From: Bacilli bacterium
GTDB lineage: Bacteria > Bacillota_I > Bacilli_A > RF39 > UBA660
NCBI GenBank assembly: GCA_016293205.1
Contig: JAEDES010000005.1
Span: 1 to 55,623, forward strand
Length of the DNA stretch: 55,623 nt
Direction: 5' to 3'
Positions 8,820 to 17,549 of the stretch are shown here, in pieces. A program made the position numbers and the translations under genes. Position 1 is the first letter of the stretch, and the number at the start of each line of letters is the position of its first letter. Under the pieces are notes generated by a model. It worked only from the letters and a program-made list of their open reading frames with translations. It was not told where the DNA came from and did not search any database.

Positions 8820-11202
8820 TTATAAAGATATAGAAAAGAAATGGAGAAAATATTGGGAAGAGAATGATACTTTTCATACTGATGTATGGGATTTTAGTAA
8901 ACCTAAGTTTTATGTATTAGATATGTTTCCATATCCATCTGGTGTAGGACTACATGCTGGTCATCCAGAAGGGTATACTGCTACAGATATTATTTCAAGA
9001 ATGAAGAGAATGCAAGGATATAATGTACTTCATCCAATGGGATATGATTCATTTGGTCTTCCTGCTGAACAATATGCTGTTAGTACGGGAAATCATCCTA
9101 ATAAGTTTACTCAAAAAAATATTGAAACATTTGGTAATCAATTAAAAGCTATTGGATTTGACTATGACTGGAGTAAATCAATTCAAACTAGTGATCCTAA
9201 ATATTACAAATGGACTCAATGGATTTTTAAACAATTATATAATGATGGATATGCTAAATATGTAGATATGCCAGTTAACTGGTGTGAAGAACTTGGTACA
9301 GTTTTATCAAATGATGAAGTAATTGATGGTAAGAGTGAAAGAGGAGGATATCCTGTTGTTAGAAAGAATATGAAACAATGGGTTATTGATCAAGCTGCTT
9401 TTGCAGAAAGATTACTTGAAGGTATGGATGAAATTGATTGGCCAGAATCTACAAAAGAAATGCAAAGAAATTGGATTGGTAAATCAATTGGAGCGCATGT
9501 AGTATTTAAGATTAAAGATACTGATAAAGAATTTAAAGTATTTACTACTAGATGTGATACTTTATTTGGAGCTACATACTGTGTTATGTCTCCTGAACAT
9601 GAATTAGTAGATTTAATTACTAGTGATGATAAAAAAGAAGAAGTAGCTGAATATAAGAGAGTTTGTGCTACTAAGAGTGATTTAGAGAGAACAGAATTAA
9701 ATAAAGAAAAAACAGGAGTATTTATTGGTGCTTATGCAATTAACCCTGTAAATGAAAAAGAAATTCCTATTTATATTTCTGATTATGTACTTGCAAGTTA
9801 TGGTACAGGTGCTATTATGGCGGTTCCTGCTCATGATGATAGAGATTATGAATTTGCTAAGAAATTTAATATTGAAATTATTCAAGTACTTGAAGGTGGA
9901 GATATTTCTAAGGAAGCTTATACAGGTGATGGAGTTCATATTAATTCAGGATTTATGAATGGTATGAATAAAGAAGATGCTATAAATGCAATGATTGAAT
10001 GGTTAGAAGAAAGAGGAATTGGTTCTAAACAAGTTAATTACAAGATGAGAGAATGGATTTTTGCTCGTCAAAGATATTGGGGAGAACCAATGCCAGTTGT
10101 TTATACAGAAGATGGACAAATTCATATGTTAGATGATGAAGAATTGCCATTAGTATTACCTGAACTTGAAGATTATAAAGGACATAATGGTAAAGCTCCA
10201 CTTGAAAATGCGACTGAATGGAAACAATATGATAAGAATGGTATTAAAGGAGTTAGAGAAACTTCTACAATGCCTGGGTCAGCTGGATCTTCATGGTATT
10301 TCTTAAGATATATTGATCCAAATAATGATAAAGAATTTGCAAATCAAGAATTATTAAAGCACTGGTTACCAGTAGACTTATATATTGGTGGACCTGAACA
10401 TGCTGTTGGGCACTTAATGTATTCTAGAATTTGGAATAATTACTTATATGATAAAGGATTATCTCCAGTTAAAGAACCATTTAAGAAACTTGTTCATCAA
10501 GGTATGATTTTAGGAGAAAATGGAATTAAGATGGGTAAAAGATTCCCAGAATTTTGTATTGATCCAATGGATATTATTAATAATTATGGTGCTGATACAT
10601 TAAGACTTTATGAAATGTTTATGGGACCGCTTGAGGCTTCTAAACCTTGGAGTATGCAAGGAGTTGAAGGTGCTCAAAAATTCTTAGATAGAATTTATAG
10701 ATTATATGAATCTGGTAAGATTAAAGATGAAGAAAATAAAAATCTAGAAAAAGTTTATCATCAAACAGTTAAGAAAGTTAGTGAAGACTTTGAATCATTA
10801 GGATTTAATACTGCAATTAGTCAAATGATGATTTTCATTAATGCAGTTTATAAAGAAGAAGTATTCCCTAAAGAATATGCTGAAGGATTTGTTAAACTTT
10901 TAAATCCAGTAGCTCCACATATTGGTGAAGAGTTATGGGAAATGTTAGGTCATACTGGTACAATTGCATTTGAGGCTTGGCCTACATACGATGAATCTAA
11001 ATTAAGTGATGATGAAAAAGAAATTGCTGTTCAAGTAAATGGTAAAGTTCGTGCAACTATTAAAATTGCAGTTGATGAAGCAGAAGATTCTATTAAAGCA
11101 AAAGCATTAGAAGAAGAAAATGTTAAACGTCATATGGAAGGAAAAGAAGTTGTAAAAGTAATCGTTATTAAAGGAAAAATCGTTAATATCGTCGTAAAAT
11201 AA
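8812..11202 (+). CDS. leuS: leucine--tRNA ligase
   Basis: 796 aa. HIGH motif is LHAGHPEGY. The sequence aligns throughout to bacterial LeuRS as I recall it ([22 protein letters not shown]). The KMSKS loop is variant (KMGKR). Confidence 0.97.
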   Translation: MYNYKDIEKKWRKYWEENDTFHTDVWDFSKPKFYVLDMFPYPSGVGLHAGHPEGYTATDIISRMKRMQGYNVLHPMGYDSFGLPAEQYAVSTGNHPNKFTQKNIETFGNQLKAIGFDYDWSKSIQTSDPKYYKWTQWIFKQLYNDGYAKYVDMPVNWCEELGTVLSNDEVIDGKSERGGYPVVRKNMKQWVIDQAAFAERLLEGMDEIDWPESTKEMQRNWIGKSIGAHVVFKIKDTDKEFKVFTTRCDTLFGATYCVMSPEHELVDLITSDDKKEEVAEYKRVCATKSDLERTELNKEKTGVFIGAYAINPVNEKEIPIYISDYVLASYGTGAIMAVPAHDDRDYEFAKKFNIEIIQVLEGGDISKEAYTGDGVHINSGFMNGMNKEDAINAMIEWLEERGIGSKQVNYKMREWIFARQRYWGEPMPVVYTEDGQIHMLDDEELPLVLPELEDYKGHNGKAPLENATEWKQYDKNGIKGVRETSTMPGSAGSSWYFLRYIDPNNDKEFANQELLKHWLPVDLYIGGPEHAVGHLMYSRIWNNYLYDKGLSPVKEPFKKLVHQGMILGENGIKMGKRFPEFCIDPMDIINNYGADTLRLYEMFMGPLEASKPWSMQGVEGAQKFLDRIYRLYESGKIKDEENKNLEKVYHQTVKKVSEDFESLGFNTAISQMMIFINAVYKEEVFPKEYAEGFVKLLNPVAPHIGEELWEMLGHTGTIAFEAWPTYDESKLSDDEKEIAVQVNGKVRATIKIAVDEAEDSIKAKALEEENVKRHMEGKEVVKVIVIKGKIVNIVVK

Positions 11203-11217
11203 GATTATAAATAACAG

Positions 11218-11245
11218 AAAAAGCAATGAAAATTTGCTTTTTTTG
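11218..11245 (+). terminator. rho-independent terminator after leuS
   Basis: AAAAAGCAA-tgaaaat-TTGCTTTTT followed by a T-run. Confidence 0.8.
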
Positions 11246-11262
11246 TTGTTTTGTGGTATAAT
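11234..11262 (+). promoter_or_regulatory. promoter with extended -10 (TGTGGTATAAT) for the Zn-ribbon/PHP/Fic operon
   Basis: TTGCTT (11234-11239, inside the terminator 3' arm), 17 nt spacer including TG at 11254-11255, then TATAAT (11257-11262). Confidence 0.6.
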
Positions 11263-11287
11263 CAACGAAAACATGAGGGGTGAGGTT

Positions 11288-12229
11288 ATGAATACATGTA
11301 TGAAAGCAGCAGATGCTTCTACAAGATTTGAAAGATTAAATAATGATTTAAAAAGAAGATATTTTATTAAGAATATGGAAAGAATTAATACTATTATGGA
11401 AAATACTCCAGGTTATTGTGGTTCTTTTGGTACTGGTTATCCTTTCTATGTTCTTGATGATAATTTACAAGGACAATTACCAATAATTAATGAACAAATT
11501 AGATATAATACTGAATTGTATGATGCTGCATCAGGTAAAGAAGGATGGGCTTGTGAAGAGTGTTTAAATACAAGAGGTTCACGTATGCCTGACTTAAAGA
11601 GATTTTGTAAGGTTTGTCCACAAGTTGATGATGCGATTAAACCTAGAAAAGTTCTTAATAGATTACCAGATGTTGATATGTGGATGATTTGTCAAGATGA
11701 TAAGGTAGAAGAAGCAAAAACAGTAATGGTAGAATTATTCAAAAGTTATGGGATGCATACTTCAGATGTAGATCCTGTTGGTACTGTTGATGAAATTGAA
11801 GAAATTGTTACTCAATTAGAAGAAGGAAGAATGCCTAGTAAAATGTTACCACTAGATGTACATATTATTAGTTATTCTGAATTTGCAAGTTTATTAGATG
11901 AAATACCTTTTGCAATTTGTAATGCTATGGACAATAATGTGACTCCATATTTACCAATTCATCCACAATCTTTAAGAAAAACTTGGCAATATGATGATAC
12001 AGCATATAACTTTGTTTTAGATTTCTTATTAAGTATGACTCCGTTTAACTGGGAAAAGAAACTTGATAGAAAATTAAGATTATCTAGAATGGTAATTGGC
12101 GATATGTTTACAGAAGAAGATTTAAAAACTATACTAGAAAAGGTTGCACCAGATTCTGTAAAAAGAAGAATGGAAACTAAACAATTACAAAAAAGATATG
12201 AAAGTAGAGTGAATGCATGGATAAAATAA
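11288..12229 (+). CDS. hypothetical protein with CxxC-x14-CxxC zinc ribbon; possible degenerate nucleotidyltransferase-like core
   Basis: The ATG at 11288 lies after GAGGGGTGAGG; the track's TTG at 11234 lies in the terminator/promoter. Contains CEECLNTRGSRMPDLKRFCKVC. Acidic strand-like motifs LPDVDMWMI and LPLDVHII are present. I can name no family. Confidence 0.7.
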   Translation: MNTCMKAADASTRFERLNNDLKRRYFIKNMERINTIMENTPGYCGSFGTGYPFYVLDDNLQGQLPIINEQIRYNTELYDAASGKEGWACEECLNTRGSRMPDLKRFCKVCPQVDDAIKPRKVLNRLPDVDMWMICQDDKVEEAKTVMVELFKSYGMHTSDVDPVGTVDEIEEIVTQLEEGRMPSKMLPLDVHIISYSEFASLLDEIPFAICNAMDNNVTPYLPIHPQSLRKTWQYDDTAYNFVLDFLLSMTPFNWEKKLDRKLRLSRMVIGDMFTEEDLKTILEKVAPDSVKRRMETKQLQKRYESRVNAWIK

Positions 12230-13116
12230 TAGATTTACATATACATACAAATAAATCAGATGGGGCATTAAGTCCAAGAGAAGTAGTTGAAGAGGCAATT
12301 AAGAATAGAGTAAGTGCTATTGCAATTGCAGATCATGATACAATTGATGCTTATAGTGATGAATTATTTGATTATGCTGAGGCTAATAATATTATATTAG
12401 TACCAGCAGTCGAGATTTCAACTAAGACTAAGAAATGTGGTATTCATGTACTTGGTTATAACTTTGATTTAAATGATCAAAATTTTAGAGAAAAGTTAGA
12501 AAAACTTCGTAATGCTAGACATGATTATTTATATGGTGTTAGTGAGAAGTTAGAAGAATTAGGTTATAAGGTTAATGTTAGTGAACTTGATAAAATAGAA
12601 GCTGTTACAAAAGCACATATTTCATTAGACGTTATTTCTAATAAAGAAAATGAAGAAATTTTAATGAAAAACTTTGGACATATTCCTAATAAGGGAGAAT
12701 TCATTGAAACTGTTATGAATGAAGGATGTCCTGCTTATGTTAAGAAAGTTACTATTACACCAAGTGAAGCTGCTGACTTAATTAGAAGTGCAGGAGGTAA
12801 AGCTGTTCTTGCACATCCAGTTGCTTATAGTTATGAAGATGGATTAACTGAAGATGATATTTTAGAATTAGTTAAAGATATGAAAGTAGACGCTATTGAA
12901 GGTAACTATTTATATGTTGATAGAAATGATATGATGCATGATGATACAGATAAATGGAATACTTTTGCTAAAAATAATAATTTAATTTCAACAATAGGAT
13001 CTGACTTTCATAATAAAGATGGTTTAAGACCTGAAATTGGTTTTAGAAATACAAATTTTACAATTAGTAGAGAAGAAATAAGTAGTATTTTAAGTTACTT
13101 ATCTAATAATGAATAA
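12217..13116 (+). CDS. PHP-domain metal-dependent phosphoesterase (TrpH/YciV-like)
   Basis: N-terminal DLHIHTNKSDG and AIADHD, later AHP and GSDFH, matching the PHP His/Asp ligand pattern. Overlaps the upstream gene by 13 nt. Confidence 0.85.
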   Translation: MDKIIDLHIHTNKSDGALSPREVVEEAIKNRVSAIAIADHDTIDAYSDELFDYAEANNIILVPAVEISTKTKKCGIHVLGYNFDLNDQNFREKLEKLRNARHDYLYGVSEKLEELGYKVNVSELDKIEAVTKAHISLDVISNKENEEILMKNFGHIPNKGEFIETVMNEGCPAYVKKVTITPSEAADLIRSAGGKAVLAHPVAYSYEDGLTEDDILELVKDMKVDAIEGNYLYVDRNDMMHDDTDKWNTFAKNNNLISTIGSDFHNKDGLRPEIGFRNTNFTISREEISSILSYLSNNE

Positions 13117-13140
13117 CATTTTGTATAAGGGGGTATTAAA

Positions 13141-14136
13141 ATGGGTTCAAAAGATATAGAAAATTATTTAAAATCAGAAGACTTTGATATTGAAGGATTT
13201 ATTAAAGAACTATTAAAAGTTCAAGGTGTTAATAGAACAATTCTTGCAAAGATTATTTTAGGTGTTGAACCTAATCATATAATTCAAGAAATGTTTATGG
13301 GATATAAACAAAGAAAACAAAGAAGACAACTTTATAGTGATGATAATACTATTCCAACAACTTTAATTAGTATGTATTATGAATTAGGTGATCGTTGTAA
13401 CTTTGAAACTTTAAAGAATTCGTTTGTATCTAGATATATTAAGAATGAAAGTAAAATAGAAGGTGTGCATAGTCCTGAGGAAATTGAAGGAATGCGTGTT
13501 ATGTATGAATATATTCATTCAGACGATATTGATTATATGTTTAATGTATTTACTTTAAAAGAAATACATGAAAAATTATATTCTTTAACAGCACATCCTG
13601 AATTTGGTGGAAACTTCAGAAGAAGTGATGCTTATATTAAAGGATTCCCATCTGATTTAGTTTCATATCCATTTATATTTAAAGAATTAGATAAACTAGA
13701 TCCAGAAGTTTTATATTTAAAAGAAATTGCACCATTTGTTAAAGATAGTCAAGATGCTGATTTCTTATTAGAATACTTAGATAGATGTGTAGTTTTAGGT
13801 TGTGAATTAATTAGAATTCACCCATTTGCGGATGGTAATGGACGTTCAGTTCGTGGATTTATTAATAAGTTGTTAGAAGATGCTGGATTACCTCCAGTGT
13901 ATATTACTCTTGCTGAAAAAGATGAATACCGTGAAGCGATGGGTAAAGCTATAGGAGAAGGAGATTATTCAGTAATTAAAAACTTCTATAGATATAAAAT
14001 TTGTGATTCAATAGTTGAACTTGATATCAATAGAAGAATTAGAAATGAAAATGAAAGTAATAATGGTGGTAGTACCATTGAAAAAGCTACTGTAAAAGAA
14101 AAAGTAGATGATTTAAAAAGAAAAGATGTTGAATAA
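13141..14136 (+). CDS. Fic family protein (putative AMPylase)
   Basis: Complete Fic motif HPFADGNGRSVRGF (HxFx[DE]GNGRxxR). The putative inhibitory-helix region reads NESKIEG. SD is AAGGGGG. Confidence 0.9.
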   Translation: MGSKDIENYLKSEDFDIEGFIKELLKVQGVNRTILAKIILGVEPNHIIQEMFMGYKQRKQRRQLYSDDNTIPTTLISMYYELGDRCNFETLKNSFVSRYIKNESKIEGVHSPEEIEGMRVMYEYIHSDDIDYMFNVFTLKEIHEKLYSLTAHPEFGGNFRRSDAYIKGFPSDLVSYPFIFKELDKLDPEVLYLKEIAPFVKDSQDADFLLEYLDRCVVLGCELIRIHPFADGNGRSVRGFINKLLEDAGLPPVYITLAEKDEYREAMGKAIGEGDYSVIKNFYRYKICDSIVELDINRRIRNENESNNGGSTIEKATVKEKVDDLKRKDVE

Positions 14137-14150
14137 TTGACATCTTTTTG
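14122..14150 (+). terminator. rho-independent terminator after fic
   Basis: AAAGATGT-10 nt loop (contains the TAA stop)-ACATCTTT followed by Ts. Confidence 0.7.
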
Positions 14151-14231
14151 TGTTGTTTTACATAATAATTTTAGTTAAAACCTTGCATATATATAATACA
14201 ATTAGATTATGATGATAGGATAGGTGAAAAA

Positions 14232-14402
14232 ATGAAAAAGGTAAATCAACTTTATTTAGATAATCTTATTGATTATACGGAATATAAGATGGTGATTGAT
14301 TCATATACAGGTCATTTATCTTATGGGAATTGTAATAATTTAATTCATAAGTTTAAATTATGTAAGAATATTGAATTAGGTAAAGATGTTAAAATTGATT
14401 AG
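14232..14402 (+). CDS. small hypothetical protein (56 aa), monocistronic
   Basis: Not in the ORF track. SD is AGGTGA, 5 nt before the ATG. Translation: MKKVNQLYLDNLIDYTEYKMVIDSYTGHLSYGNCNNLIHKFKLCKNIELGKDVKID. It has its own terminator at 14388-14418. Confidence 0.5.
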   Translation: MKKVNQLYLDNLIDYTEYKMVIDSYTGHLSYGNCNNLIHKFKLCKNIELGKDVKID

Positions 14403-14418
14403 TTTTGACATTTTTTTT
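14388..14418 (+). terminator. rho-independent terminator after the 56-aa sORF
   Basis: GTTAAAA-8 nt-TTTTGAC (one G-U pair) followed by aTTTTTTTT. Confidence 0.6.
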
Positions 14419-14452
14419 AATAATTATTTGATAATTTTATATTGGTGATAAT

Positions 14453-14629
14453 ATGAAAGTTAAATTATTTGATATGGAAGATGAATTAGATTTAGAGGTT
14501 GCCATAAATGATTTCTTAGATAATATTTCTGGAGAAGTTATTGACATTAAGTATCAGGTTAGTATGGGAATATTTAGTGAAGAACAAGTTTATTGTTTTT
14601 CAGCAATGATTATTTATTATGAGAATTAA
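14453..14629 (+). CDS. cse60: sporulation protein Cse60 (YteV) family
   Basis: Not in the ORF track (58 aa). MKVKLFDMEDELDLEVAINDFLDNISGEVIDIKYQVSMGIFSEEQVYCFSAMIIYYEN matches the pattern I recall for Cse60 (VKLFD..E.DLE..VN.FL....I.DIKYQV......EQ.YCFSA.I.Y). GGTGA SD; own terminator. Confidence 0.75.
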   Translation: MKVKLFDMEDELDLEVAINDFLDNISGEVIDIKYQVSMGIFSEEQVYCFSAMIIYYEN

Positions 14630-14654
14630 TACTAGGTAGTAGTATTTTTTTTTA
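14629..14654 (+). terminator. rho-independent terminator after cse60
   Basis: ATACTA-ggtag-TAGTAT followed by a 9-T run. Confidence 0.7.
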
Positions 14655-14692
14655 GGTAATTTTATGGTATTATTTTTATAAGGAGGATGAGT

Positions 14693-16321
14693 ATGAAGAA
14701 GAGTACGTTTGTTAAAGGTGCTTTTATTACTACTTTTGGAATTGTTTTAAGTAAGATTCTAGGAGTATTATATGTTATTCCTTTTCATGCCATTATTGGT
14801 GAAAAGGGTGGGGCATTATATGGATATGCTTATACAATTTATTTATTATTTATGTCTTTATCTTCTGCTGGTATTCCTCTAGCGATTAGTAAGGTTGTAA
14901 GTGAGTATCAAACTTTAGGATATCATAGTGCGAAGAAAAGAACATTTATATTAGGTAAAAAAATTGCTATGGTAATGGGTATGTTATCATTCATACTTAT
15001 TATGATATTTGCTCCTTATTTAGCTAAATTTGTTATGGGAGATTTAACTGGAGGTAATACTGTTCAATCAGTTACTATGGTTATTCGTATTATTGCAACG
15101 GCAGTATTAATTGTACCAGTATTAAGTGTATATAGAGGATATTTTGAAGGACATAGATTTATGAGTCCACCTTCAGTATCACAAGTTTTGGAACAAATAG
15201 TTAGAGTTTTACTTATTGTATTAGGTAGTTATTTAGTTGTGGATATTTTTAAATTATCATTAACTACGGCAGTAGGAGTTGCTTTACTAGGTGCAACTGT
15301 TGGAGCATTAGTTTCTTATTTTTACTTAGTAGTTAAACTTAATAAGAATAAGACTAAATTTAATGAAAAAATTAGAAATACTAATGAACCCATCATTACA
15401 AATAAAGATATTGTTAAAAAGATAGTATTTTATGCAGTACCATTTATTATGATTGATATATTTAAAGCAATGTATAATTATATAGATATGGTTACTGTTG
15501 TTAAAGCATTAGTAAATGTTGCTAAATTTAGTGTAGTTGATGCTGAAATAGTTATGAGTATGCTTTCTACTTGGGGATCTAAATTTAATATGATTATTTT
15601 ATCTATTTCAACAGGTGTTATTGTTAGTTTAATACCTAATCTTACACAAAGTATTGTTAAGAAAGATAAGAAAGATATTAATAAGAAAGTTAATCAAACA
15701 CTTAATTTATTATTAGTATTTATGTTACCAATGACATTAGGAATTAGTTTCTTAGCTAAACCAATTTGGAATGTATTTTATGGTACTAGTGAGTATGGAC
15801 CAAGTATTTTATCTATTTATATATTTGTTGGTCTTATAATCGGATTATTTACAGCAATGATTACAGTTGTTCAATTATTTAAAGATTATAAAATGGTATT
15901 TATTAGTTTAATATCTGGTGTATTAGTTAAATGTTTATTAAATGTTAGTTTAATTAGAACATTTTATACATTAGGTATACCTGCATATTATGGAGTGATT
16001 GTTGCAAGTCTACTTGGATATTTAACGTCTTTTATAATTTGTATTGTTGTACTTAGAACTAAATATAAAATTGAATTTGATGAATGGTTTAATCATTTTA
16101 TTGATATATTGTGTGGATCATTTTTTATGTATATAGTTTTATTTATTATGAGTTTTATTGTTCCATTAGATCTTAATAATAGATTATTAAATATATTTAT
16201 TATTATGTTATATAGTATTGTTGGTGCGATTATATACTTTATATTTATAATGAAGACTAAAACTTTAGAAAAAATCTTTGGTGAAAAAGTTGATAAATTC
16301 TTAAAGAAGTTGGTGAAGTAG
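14693..16321 (+). CDS. MOP-superfamily polysaccharide/lipid II flippase, YtgP/SpoVB/MurJ-like
   Basis: About 14 TM segments. The N-terminus (GAFITTFGIVLSKILGVLYVIPF...GGALYGYAY) and the VSQVLEQIVRV segment closely resemble B. subtilis YtgP as I recall it. The ATG at 14693 lies 6 nt after AAGGAGG; the ATG at 14687 abuts the SD. Confidence 0.8.
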   Translation: MKKSTFVKGAFITTFGIVLSKILGVLYVIPFHAIIGEKGGALYGYAYTIYLLFMSLSSAGIPLAISKVVSEYQTLGYHSAKKRTFILGKKIAMVMGMLSFILIMIFAPYLAKFVMGDLTGGNTVQSVTMVIRIIATAVLIVPVLSVYRGYFEGHRFMSPPSVSQVLEQIVRVLLIVLGSYLVVDIFKLSLTTAVGVALLGATVGALVSYFYLVVKLNKNKTKFNEKIRNTNEPIITNKDIVKKIVFYAVPFIMIDIFKAMYNYIDMVTVVKALVNVAKFSVVDAEIVMSMLSTWGSKFNMIILSISTGVIVSLIPNLTQSIVKKDKKDINKKVNQTLNLLLVFMLPMTLGISFLAKPIWNVFYGTSEYGPSILSIYIFVGLIIGLFTAMITVVQLFKDYKMVFISLISGVLVKCLLNVSLIRTFYTLGIPAYYGVIVASLLGYLTSFIICIVVLRTKYKIEFDEWFNHFIDILCGSFFMYIVLFIMSFIVPLDLNNRLLNIFIIMLYSIVGAIIYFIFIMKTKTLEKIFGEKVDKFLKKLVK

Positions 16322-17539
16322 ATGGATAAACTTAAGAAGTGGATTAAAGAAAATAAGTTTATTATATTTTTGTTCTTATTTTCTTTTGTTATTAGATTAG
16401 GTGTTATTTTATTAGTAGATACTCCAATTATATCTGATTTTAAAGTTATGTATGATGCAGCATTAGAGATTGTTAATGGTACTGATAGTTATAAAAGTAT
16501 GGGATATTTTATTACTTGGGGATATCAAATGGGACATGTTTTATATCAAGCATTTCTTTTAAGCATTATTAATAGTGTTTTCTTTTTAAAGATTGTTAAT
16601 TGTATTGTTACTTCTTTAACTGTTGTATTTGTTTATTTAATTAGTAGAAGAATATGTAGTGAAAGAAGTGCAAAAATTAGTAGTATTTTATATTCTATAT
16701 TTTTATTTCCATTATTATTAAATAGTGTTCTTACTAATCAGTTTTTACCTGCATTAATAATATTAATTGCTTTATATATACTTTTAAATATTAATTTTAA
16801 AAAGAAGTTTGTTATTAGTAGTGTAATAGTGGGAATTTTACTTGGACTTAGTAATATTTTTAGAAGTGAAACTATTGTTATAGTATTTAGTATTTTATTA
16901 TATTTTGTGTTTTTATTTATTACTAAAGTAGATTGGAAGAAGTTAATTATTAGTTTCTTAATTATATTTATGGGATACTATGTTGTGTTTAATGGTACTA
17001 GTTTATTATTGAAAGCAACTAATGTTAGTCCTAGTGGATTAGAAATTCTTAATAGTTCATGGAAATTTGTATTAGGATTTAATTATGAGACTAGTGGAAT
17101 GTATAGTAACCAAGATGCGGCAATTTATGCAAGAGATAGTGAAGCTGCTAAGAAAGAAGCAATTAATAGAATTATGCAATTTGAGAAAATTCCTCTTCAT
17201 TTTTTAAAGAAGACTAAAATACTTTGGTTTAATTCTGATTTATCATGGTCTATAAGTATGGATGAAGTTTATTATAAAGTATTAAATATTATTAATCAGA
17301 TATGGATAATTTTATTTAATATTCTTGCTGTTTGCAGTGCATTTAAATTTATTAAATTTAAATTTGAAAAAGAACATGTACTTATGTGTTTAATATTACT
17401 TGTATACTTTGGAGTATATTTATTAATAGAAGTTATGCCAAGATATGCTTATAGTTTACAAATATTTGAAGCGATTATAATTGGTATTTCTCTAGATTAT
17501 ATATTTGCAAAAATTAAAGTATTAAAAAAAGGAAAGTAA
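16322..17539 (+). CDS. polytopic membrane protein, putative GT-C-fold glycosyltransferase (ArnT/PMT-like)
   Basis: 405 aa with about 10-11 TM segments. The ATG directly abuts the upstream TAG. The first extracytoplasmic loop with acidic residues after TM1 is typical of the GT39/83-like family. The assignment is tentative. Confidence 0.5.
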   Translation: MDKLKKWIKENKFIIFLFLFSFVIRLGVILLVDTPIISDFKVMYDAALEIVNGTDSYKSMGYFITWGYQMGHVLYQAFLLSIINSVFFLKIVNCIVTSLTVVFVYLISRRICSERSAKISSILYSIFLFPLLLNSVLTNQFLPALIILIALYILLNINFKKKFVISSVIVGILLGLSNIFRSETIVIVFSILLYFVFLFITKVDWKKLIISFLIIFMGYYVVFNGTSLLLKATNVSPSGLEILNSSWKFVLGFNYETSGMYSNQDAAIYARDSEAAKKEAINRIMQFEKIPLHFLKKTKILWFNSDLSWSISMDEVYYKVLNIINQIWIILFNILAVCSAFKFIKFKFEKEHVLMCLILLVYFGVYLLIEVMPRYAYSLQIFEAIIIGISLDYIFAKIKVLKKGK

Positions 17540-17549
17540 TTAACTTTCC
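17531..17549. terminator. hairpin spanning both stop codons of zero-gap convergent genes (possible bidirectional terminator)
   Basis: GGAAAGT-aatta-ACTTTCC, with an A-run upstream and T-rich sequence downstream. TAA at 17537-17539 (+) and TAA at 17542-17540 (-) lie in the stem/loop. Confidence 0.55.
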
